Assembly: GCA_024235255.1 (NCBI GenBank)
Contig: JACKMT010000005.1
Coordinates: forward strand, 39,836-103,835
DNA length: 64,000 nucleotides
Direction of reading: 5' to 3'
Origin: Chromatiaceae bacterium
GTDB taxonomy: Bacteria > Pseudomonadota > Gammaproteobacteria > Chromatiales > Chromatiaceae
This document shows, in pieces, positions 57,414 to 64,000 of this stretch. Position 1 is the first letter of the stretch. Every line of letters starts with the position of its first letter. The position numbers and the translations under genes are program-made. Under the pieces are notes generated by a model. That model was not told the DNA's origin and did no database searches. It worked only from the letters and a program-made list of their open reading frames with translations.

Positions 57414-59195
57414 ATGTGCGGTGTGTGTGGTGAGTTGCGGTTTGACGGCCGCCCGGCTGATCTGGGTGCGATTCAACGCATGACTGCCCGGCTGGAACGG
57501 CGCGGGCCGGATCACGGCGGCAGTTACAGCGACGGTCCGTTGGGTTTTGGGCACAGACGGCTGGCGATCATCGATCTGTCGGCACATGCCAACCAGCCGA
57601 TGGTGGACCAGGAGTTGGGATTGAGCCTGGTCTTCAACGGGACGATCTATAACTTTCCGGAGCTGCGCCGTGAACTGCAGCAGGCGGGGTATCATTTCTT
57701 TTCGAGCGGCGACAGCGAAGTCATTATCAAAGCGTTTCACGCCTGGGGCGAGGCCTGCGTTGAACGGTTTCACGGTATGTTCGCCTTCGCCCTTTGGGAT
57801 CAGCAGCAGAAGCGGCTGTTCCTGGCGCGGGACCGGCTCGGCATCAAGCCGCTCTATTACACTGTTGACCGCAATCGTTTCCGTTTTGCCTCCAACACGC
57901 AGGCGTTGCTGTCGGGAGGGGGCGTAGATACGGATATAGATCCGGTCAGTCTGCATTATCAGTTTACGCTGCACGCGGTCGTGCCGGCGCCAAATACAAT
58001 ACTCAAGGGAGTCCGCAAACTGGCGCCGGGACACTCCTTGACTGTGGACATGCAGGGCGGCCAGATCGAGCGCAGTTACTGGTATTTTCCGGCCACCCGC
58101 CCGGAGCAACCGATCAGCGACGGTGAGTGGCTGGAGCTGATTCATGACGCGCTGCGCTCGGCGGTGCGGGCCAGAAATAAGATCGCCGATGTACCGGTCG
58201 GCGTGCTGCTGTCGGGCGGGCTCGATTCCAGCCTGCTGGTGGCACTGTTGGCCGAAGTCGGGGTATCCGATCTGCGCACCTTTTCGGTCGGATTCGAGGA
58301 TCATCCCGATGAGAAGGGGAGCGAGTTCGAGTACTCGGATCCGGTAGCGCAGCGCTATCAGACCCGGCACCGGAAATTTCTGGTGCCGAATTCCGAGGTA
58401 TTGCAGCGTCTGCCGGAGGCGGTGGATGCGATGGCGGAGCCGATGTTCGGGCAGGACGCAGTCGCCTTCTATCTGCTGAGCGAGCAGGTTTCCAAAGAGG
58501 TGAAGGTGGTGCAGTCGGGGCAGGGTGCCGATGAGGTGTTCGGCGGCTATTTCTGGTACCCGCGCATGTTGGCCGAAACCGAAGGAACGCCGTTGCAGCG
58601 CTTTGCCAAACACTATTTCGACCGGGATCACGAAGAGTTTCTGCACACGGTTTCCGTGCCTTACCGGGGCGAAGACTACACCAGCGGCAAAATTGCCGAG
58701 CTGCTGGCGCAGCCGGACGCGGAGAGCTTCATGGATGCGGTGCTGCGGCTGGATGTCACCACGCTGATCGTGGATGATCCGGTCAAGCGGGTTGACAATA
58801 TGACCATGGCCTGGGGGCTGGAGGCGCGGGTGCCGTTTCTGGATCACAAGCTGGTGGAGCTCGCGGCGCGTTGTCCGCCCGAACTGAAGCTGAGAGAAGG
58901 TGGCAAATACCCGCTCAAGGTGATGGCGCGGGGGTTGCTGCCCGACGCGGTGATCGATCGGCCGAAAGGCTATTTTCCGATGCCGGCGTTGAAGTACGTG
59001 CGCGGCGACTTTCTCACGTTCATGCGAGAGATACTGGAATCCCGGGCATGCCGTGAACGGGATCTGTACAGCCGCGCTTACGTGGATATGCTGTTGGCGG
59101 CACCTGAGATGCACCATACCCGGCTGCAGGGGAGCAAGCTGTGGCATTTGGCGCTGCTGGAGTTGTGGCTGCAGCGCACCGTTGATGCATACTAA
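57414..59195 (+). CDS. glutamine-hydrolysing asparagine-synthase-family amidotransferase (N-acetylglutaminylglutamine amidotransferase-like)
   Basis: MCGVCGELRFDG (Ntn Cys2), GHRRLAIIDLS, SGDSEVI, LLSGGLDSS PP-loop. Start at ATG 57414 inside ORF 57351-59195. Confidence 0.85.
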   Translation: MCGVCGELRFDGRPADLGAIQRMTARLERRGPDHGGSYSDGPLGFGHRRLAIIDLSAHANQPMVDQELGLSLVFNGTIYNFPELRRELQQAGYHFFSSGDSEVIIKAFHAWGEACVERFHGMFAFALWDQQQKRLFLARDRLGIKPLYYTVDRNRFRFASNTQALLSGGGVDTDIDPVSLHYQFTLHAVVPAPNTILKGVRKLAPGHSLTVDMQGGQIERSYWYFPATRPEQPISDGEWLELIHDALRSAVRARNKIADVPVGVLLSGGLDSSLLVALLAEVGVSDLRTFSVGFEDHPDEKGSEFEYSDPVAQRYQTRHRKFLVPNSEVLQRLPEAVDAMAEPMFGQDAVAFYLLSEQVSKEVKVVQSGQGADEVFGGYFWYPRMLAETEGTPLQRFAKHYFDRDHEEFLHTVSVPYRGEDYTSGKIAELLAQPDAESFMDAVLRLDVTTLIVDDPVKRVDNMTMAWGLEARVPFLDHKLVELAARCPPELKLREGGKYPLKVMARGLLPDAVIDRPKGYFPMPALKYVRGDFLTFMREILESRACRERDLYSRAYVDMLLAAPEMHHTRLQGSKLWHLALLELWLQRTVDAY

Positions 59196-59228
59196 GGTTA
59201 TTTTAATAAGGTTATCAGGATCCAAGTT

Positions 59229-59681
59229 ATGTCAGTCGCGCTCGCCCTTCACCTGCTTGGGGTAATCGTCTGGGTCGGCGGGATGTTTTTCGCCCATATG
59301 GCGTTGCGTCCCACTGCGGCTAAACTATTGCAGCCGCCTCAGCGTTTGCCGCTACTCAAGGGGGTGCTCGATCGTTTTTTTCGTTGGGTATGGGTCTCTA
59401 TAGCCGCGATCCTTGCCAGCGGCTACTGGATTTTTCTGGGGCTATGGAACGGGCTTGCCGGCGTGCATGTGCACCTGATGCAGGGCACCGGCCTGTTGAT
59501 GGTCGGTATCTTCCTGTTCATCTATTTTCGACCCTACCGGCGTATGGGGGATGCCCTGGCAGCTGCCGATCTGCCCGTGGCTGCGGCCGAGATGGTGTTG
59601 ATACGAAGGTTGATCGGAATCAACCTGATACTTGGCTTGCTGACCTCGCTGCTGGCTAAAATCGGGCCTTATATGACCTGA
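59229..59681 (+). CDS. CopD-like small integral membrane protein
   Basis: 150-aa ORF with four predicted TM helices. LHLLGVIVWVGGMFF N-terminus resembles the CopD/DUF2214-type families. Assignment is tentative. Confidence 0.45.
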   Translation: MSVALALHLLGVIVWVGGMFFAHMALRPTAAKLLQPPQRLPLLKGVLDRFFRWVWVSIAAILASGYWIFLGLWNGLAGVHVHLMQGTGLLMVGIFLFIYFRPYRRMGDALAAADLPVAAAEMVLIRRLIGINLILGLLTSLLAKIGPYMT

Positions 59682-59819
59682 CGGAGAGCAGGTGTTTCGT
59701 TTTCAGCAGATGCCGTATCATCCAAAACCTTGAACGGGCAAAACTCCATACTTGAAAACCGGGAGGTAAAGCCCAATTAAGAGCAGACTCGGATAAAATT
59801 TTTCAATTGAGGTGAATCG

Positions 59820-60155
59820 ATGGATGTGCTGGATAGAATCAGGGAACAGGTGGAGGGTAATCCCATCGTTCTTTATATGAAGGGGACGCCACAGTTTCCC
59901 CAGTGTGGTTTCTCTTCCCGGGCTGCAGCCGCGCTCCAGGATTGTGGTCAGAAATTTGCTTATGTGAATGTGCTGGCCGATGCGGAAATATTCGAGAACC
60001 TGCCCCGTTACGCGGACTGGCCGACGTTTCCCCAGCTCTATATCAACGGTGAACTGGTGGGAGGCTGCGACATTACGCTGGAGATGCACGCCAGCGGTGA
60101 ATTGCAGAAAATGACAGCCGAGGCAGCCAAGAACTGGCCGGCGGAGCAGGATTGA
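59820..60155 (+). CDS. grxD: Grx4-family monothiol glutaredoxin
   Basis: 111-aa ORF. VLYMKGTPQFPQCGFS, WPTFPQLYINGELVGGCDI. Confidence 0.94.
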   Translation: MDVLDRIREQVEGNPIVLYMKGTPQFPQCGFSSRAAAALQDCGQKFAYVNVLADAEIFENLPRYADWPTFPQLYINGELVGGCDITLEMHASGELQKMTAEAAKNWPAEQD

Positions 60156-60335
60156 CGGCGACAACAGCTTCCGGTCGGCCGATTGGAAACCCGGTATCGC
60201 GAAGGCCAGCCGGGTTATTCAGAACTACCCTGCCCGCTTGCGGCGGTAAACCAACCGTCCGATTGCAAAGGGGAGAGGTGTAGCCCTCTAGTCGTTAGCG
60301 AGGAGTTGTATCGCGTTGACGAACTGGCCTTATTT

Positions 60336-60986
60336 TTATCGCAATTTCATCATCTCCCAGGGCTTCTCCAGCATCGACATTTGCCAACGGTTGACGATAG
60401 TGCAGAACAGCTCGGCAGTTTTTTGCGCATCGTAAATTGCCGAATGCGCCTGGTTGCCATCCCAGCCAAGCCCGGCGGCTTCAACGGATCGCGCGAGCAC
60501 CGTTTGTCCCAACGCCAACCCCGCCAGGGAGACCGTGTCGAAAGTGCTGAAGGGATGGAACGGATTGCGCTTGAAACCGGTTCTTTCCACTGCGGCATTG
60601 ATAAAACCCAGATCAAAAAAGGCGTTGTGTCCAACCAGGATGGATCGGTTGCAACCTGCCGCTTTTATGGCTTTATGAATCGGCGTGAAAATGTGTTTTA
60701 GCGCCGCTTTTTCCGGCAGCGCCATACGAAACGGATGGTCCGGGTCGATGCCGTTGAACTCCAACGCCTTGGGATCAAGATGTGCTCCCGGAAAAGGGGC
60801 GACGTGACATGAGTGTGTCTCGGCCGGACGCAGCAAGCCGTCTGTATCCATGCAGATTAGAACTATCGCGATTTCCAGCAACGCATCTGATTTGGCATCG
60901 AAACCGGCGGTCTCCACATCCACCACTACCGGCAGAAAACCGCGAAATCGTGCTGCAATGGCGTTGGCTTGTTGGGGTGTACTCAT
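60336..60986 (-). CDS. rnt: ribonuclease T
   Basis: [34 protein letters not shown] (DEDDh). Start at codon 21 (MSTPQQ) of ORF 60336-61046. Confidence 0.9.
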   Translation of the reverse strand: MSTPQQANAIAARFRGFLPVVVDVETAGFDAKSDALLEIAIVLICMDTDGLLRPAETHSCHVAPFPGAHLDPKALEFNGIDPDHPFRMALPEKAALKHIFTPIHKAIKAAGCNRSILVGHNAFFDLGFINAAVERTGFKRNPFHPFSTFDTVSLAGLALGQTVLARSVEAAGLGWDGNQAHSAIYDAQKTAELFCTIVNRWQMSMLEKPWEMMKLR

Positions 60987-61234
60987 CCGACACAGCTTAT
61001 TCCATTTCAGGCGCAAGCCGAAGGGCCGAGGCGTTTTTTTTCCCATAACGGCGCTATCGATGGTTTATCCGGGACAGGCAGATTGCTCAACTGCTGCGTT
61101 ATTTATCGAAAAATAGCTCCGCCGGCAGCGACTATTGGGTTAGTGTTTACAGACCCTAAAAAGGGGAGATGAATCCTACACGCTAAGATGGGCATCTAAG
61201 GCGTCATACGACGGAGCAGACTATACAACTGGCA

Positions 61235-62128
61235 GTGCGGACAATGCGACAGAATCAACGATATTTTGGGGCGGTTTCACTCTTTCTCAGCCTGTGTTTG
61301 ATGGCTATTTCGGCTGCCGCTGAAATTCCTTTTTCCAACGGGCTGTTGTTCAAGGTGCAGCTTGGCGAACAGGCCCCGAACTACTTTTTCGGCACTATGC
61401 ACTCGGATGACCCCCAGGTCAGGAAATTGGCAGCTCAAGTCGAGTGGGCGCTCAATAAGAGCCGGATCCTTGCGGTTGAGGTTGAACCCGATGCCCTCAG
61501 CGAGATCTCAGCGGTTTCAATGATGGTCAATCCGGAAGGTACCGGTCTGCACCACATGCTTGGTGATGAACTTTATCGGCGGGCACTGGCAGAGGCGGAG
61601 CGGTTGGGGCTGCCCCAGATCACAATAGACTATTATAAACCCTGGGCGCTGGCGGTGCTGTTTTCGCTGCCGCCAATGAAGGGCAGTCAAGTTCCCGACC
61701 TGTTGCTTGCCGATCGAGCACGGCAGCAGGGAAAGCCGGTATTCGGGCTGGAAACGGTTGAGGAGCAGTTGGCGGTATTCGACAGACTGCCGCTAGCGGA
61801 CCAAAAGGCGATGCTTATACAGGCATTAAACAATCTGGATCAGGTGCCGATGATTTACCGAGAACTGCTCAAAAGCTATCTGGCGCGTGACTTGGGAGAG
61901 CTTCTCAGAATCGGCCGGGATACCTTCGCGACAGCGGACCAAGCGCAGATCGAACGCTTTCAGGAGGCGCTGGTTTACCAGCGTAATCGGCGTATGGTTG
62001 AGCGCCTCTCAGACCGGTTGACTGCCGGCGGGGTTTTCGTGGCGGTAGGGGCGCTGCATCTTCCGGGAGAAAGAGGGCTGCTCAATATGCTGCGAAACCG
62101 TGGCTTCCGCGTCGAAGCGGTATATTAA
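61235..62128 (+). CDS. TraB/GumN family protein
   Basis: 297-aa ORF with signal peptide. LLFKV...NYFFGTMHSDD, VAVGALHLPGERGLL. Confidence 0.72.
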   Translation: MRTMRQNQRYFGAVSLFLSLCLMAISAAAEIPFSNGLLFKVQLGEQAPNYFFGTMHSDDPQVRKLAAQVEWALNKSRILAVEVEPDALSEISAVSMMVNPEGTGLHHMLGDELYRRALAEAERLGLPQITIDYYKPWALAVLFSLPPMKGSQVPDLLLADRARQQGKPVFGLETVEEQLAVFDRLPLADQKAMLIQALNNLDQVPMIYRELLKSYLARDLGELLRIGRDTFATADQAQIERFQEALVYQRNRRMVERLSDRLTAGGVFVAVGALHLPGERGLLNMLRNRGFRVEAVY

Positions 62129-62292
62129 ATGGGTTGATTGATTGCATTGCTTAAAACAGCCGGGATACGGTCATCATTTTTTTAGATGAGGTCATTGCCA
62201 GGTTGTGCTAGATTCCACCCACGGCGTTCTCAAGGGAATGAATCTCCTGTTACCGACGTGAAAAAAAAGGTCTATCGAGAGGAAAAAACAAA

Positions 62293-63030
62293 ATGACCAG
62301 AGTACAGCTGTTGAGCCGCGTGCGGATCAGTGTGACAGCATTGATGTTTCTGTTTTTGACTGGCTGCGCCAGCACCAGTGAATTTACTGATCCCCGCGAT
62401 CCCTGGGAGGGGTTCAACCGGGCAATGTACAGCTTCAACGAAACGGTTGACGAAATTTTGTTAAAGCCACTGGCCAAGGGATACAAGGCGATAGTGCCGG
62501 TGCCGGTAGACAGAGGTATTACCAACTTCTTCTCCAATCTCGGAGATATAGGTTCGGCCATCAACAATATCCTGCAGTTCAAGCTGAGCCGTGCAGGTTC
62601 CGATCTGGGACGTGTGGCTTTCAACAGCACACTTGGCTTGCTCGGTTTTTTCGATGTGGCGACCAATATGAATCTGCCGCGCTATGGTGAGGACTTTGGT
62701 CAGACCCTAGGCGTCTGGGGCAGTTCTCCCGGTCCCTATATCGTACTGCCGCTGTTGGGTCCGAGCTCAGGACGTGATGCTGTTGGTCTGGTGTTCGATT
62801 GGTTTACTGATCCGGTGAATTATATTGAAGACGATAGCGTAAGGATTGCGGTGAAATCCCTGTGGTTTATCGATAAGCGTGCAGATCTGCTTAGCGCCAG
62901 CAATCTTGTCGAGCAAGCGGCGCTGGATCCCTATGAATTTGTCCGCAATGCATATTTACAGAAACGACGCCACGATGTGTATGACGGGAATCCGCCGCCG
63001 GAACCGCTCGAAGAGCTGCAGGAAAAGTAG
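62293..63030 (+). CDS. mlaA: outer-membrane lipid asymmetry lipoprotein MlaA (VacJ)
   Basis: 245-aa ORF. Lipobox LTGC, DPWEGFNRAMYSFNE, NFFSNLGD, LGLLGFFDVA, GQTLGVWG. Confidence 0.9.
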   Translation: MTRVQLLSRVRISVTALMFLFLTGCASTSEFTDPRDPWEGFNRAMYSFNETVDEILLKPLAKGYKAIVPVPVDRGITNFFSNLGDIGSAINNILQFKLSRAGSDLGRVAFNSTLGLLGFFDVATNMNLPRYGEDFGQTLGVWGSSPGPYIVLPLLGPSSGRDAVGLVFDWFTDPVNYIEDDSVRIAVKSLWFIDKRADLLSASNLVEQAALDPYEFVRNAYLQKRRHDVYDGNPPPEPLEELQEK

Positions 63031-63095
63031 TATCGGCAACTCTTCCTGCCGGTAAGTCGCAGGAGTGCCGATTTCACGGTGGTGGGGAATCGGCC

Positions 63096-63141
63096 GTCTA
63101 ATAAATAATACTAATATAGTAATCAACAATCATTATTAGAC
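63096..63141. repeat. 9-bp perfect inverted repeat (gtctaataa ... ttattagac) in the AT-rich region upstream of the second sgp-like gene
   Basis: Direct reading. Arms at 63096-63104 and 63133-63141, 28-nt AT-rich spacer. Confidence 0.5.
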
Positions 63142-63254
63142 AATTTTAGAAAATGCTAATATTATTTTTCACATGAAGGCGCAGAAGTGAAAGGCTTTCT
63201 ACTGATTAGCAGCACTTATTTAAACCTTAATATATTGGTTCTGGAGAATTGGAT

Positions 63255-63617
63255 ATGAAAACTATCTTCAAAGTTGCAGCTGCTGCTGCGTTGATTGCCG
63301 CTTCTGCTTCCGCATCTGCTTGGTGGGGCGGTCCCTGGGGTGGTAATCGCGGTTATGGTGACGGCTGGGGCGACGGCTGGGGCGACATGTTTGGCGACAT
63401 GGACTTCAACATGAGTTCCCGCGCTTCCGGCAGCGGATATGGCCGTGGTTACGGTTACGGCCGCGGCTACGGTTACGGTTACGGCCACCCCTACTACGGA
63501 GGTTACGGTCCTTACGGCTATGGTGCTCCTTATGGCTACGGCGCGCCTTATGGTGTTGCACCTTATGGCTATGCTCCGGTTGCACCGCAGGCCGCTCCTG
63601 CCGCACCGGCTAAGTAA
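63255..63617 (+). CDS. sulfur globule protein-like secreted Gly/Tyr-rich protein (SgpA/SgpB-like)
   Basis: [22 protein letters not shown] signal, then [63 protein letters not shown] 63255 with ggaga RBS. ORF-track start 63249 is an upstream TTG. Confidence 0.8.
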   Translation: MKTIFKVAAAAALIAASASASAWWGGPWGGNRGYGDGWGDGWGDMFGDMDFNMSSRASGSGYGRGYGYGRGYGYGYGHPYYGGYGPYGYGAPYGYGAPYGVAPYGYAPVAPQAAPAAPAK

Positions 63618-63698
63618 TTCGGTCTTGGGTTAGCAACATTATCCCCTCCATGGAGCGCGGAGGCATGGTACAGGGATCGTGCGGTGAGAAATAGTGAG

Positions 63699-63717
63699 CA
63701 GGCCCGTGCAGGGCCTG
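63699..63717 (+). terminator. short GC hairpin after the sgp-like gene (weak T-tract)
   Basis: caggccc gtgca gggcctg followed by ttccc. Confidence 0.3.
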
Positions 63718-63741
63718 TTCCCGTCAGTGAGGATAGTTGAA

Positions 63742-64000
63742 ATGAAAAAGTTGTCTGCAGTCTTTACAGTGGCGGCACTTGCCACTGTTTCGATGGCCAC
63801 CAGCGCTTGGTGGGGCGGTCCCTATGGAAATAATGGTTACGATTACGGCTATCCCTACTACGGCTACCCGTATGCTGCGCCGATCGTCGCTCCGCTGAGC
63901 GAAGAGCAGCAGCAGGCGATGGCCGAACAGCAGGCCAAAGCGTTCCAGGAGGCGCTGGAAGCGCAGCGTAAGTATTCCGAACAGTTTGCTAACGGCAATC
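63742..64000 (+). CDS. third sulfur globule protein-like gene, 5' part (runs off the right window edge)
   Basis: Own translation: MKKLSAVFTVAALATVSMATSAWWGGPYGNNGYDYGYPYYGYPYAAPIVAPLSEEQQQAMAEQQAKAFQEALEAQRKYSEQFANGN... Same signal peptide plus WWGGP start as the other two. Not in the ORF track (no stop in the window). Confidence 0.7.
   Translation, partial: MKKLSAVFTVAALATVSMATSAWWGGPYGNNGYDYGYPYYGYPYAAPIVAPLSEEQQQAMAEQQAKAFQEALEAQRKYSEQFANGN

Noticed and set aside
57372-59225. 617-aa ORF on the minus strand, the longest unexplained ORF in the track
   Set aside because: It is entirely antisense to the well-supported asparagine-synthase-family gene. Its composition is Arg/Gln/His/Pro/Leu-rich with no recognisable motif. 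This is the typical shadow ORF of GC-rich DNA.

Overview
Dense, GC-rich chromosomal window with genes on both strands. The gene content points to a sulfur-oxidising, CO2-fixing gammaproteobacterium: phosphoribulokinase, a DabA-type inorganic-carbon pump and three Gly/Tyr/Trp-rich sulfur-globule-protein-like genes. From left to right: (1) the macromolecular-synthesis operon rpsU-yqeY-dnaG-rpoD on the minus strand (rpoD cut by the window edge) with divergent tsaD. (2) plsY, a small GDCCVxC-type Cys-rich protein and folB-folK. (3) An intact IS110-family (IS1111-like) insertion sequence next to a long REP-like palindrome, then an FolM/PTR1-like reductase. (4) Housekeeping and envelope genes: cca, rsd, slt, ppk2, DAHP synthase, dxs. 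(5) prk, nhaD and the stand-out locus at 32.6-41.9 kb. This is a five-gene, translationally coupled operon built around DabA (DUF2309), with four complex-I/Mrp antiporter-like subunits instead of the canonical single DabB. A sulfur-globule-protein-like gene and a SulP/STAS anion transporter follow it. (6) The conserved rsmI / lpoA-yraN-diaA-dolP cluster, sodB, zwf-pgl, grxD, rnt, mlaA and two more sgp-like genes at the right edge. I saw no rRNA, tRNA or CRISPR array. Other oddities are a decayed GST gene fragment with an in-frame TGA, an 828-aa orphan protein with a cryptic class-III-cyclase-like region next to rsd, and an orphan VPLPA-CTERM-type sorted protein. All functional calls come from reading the translated ORFs and recognising motifs. 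No database search was run.
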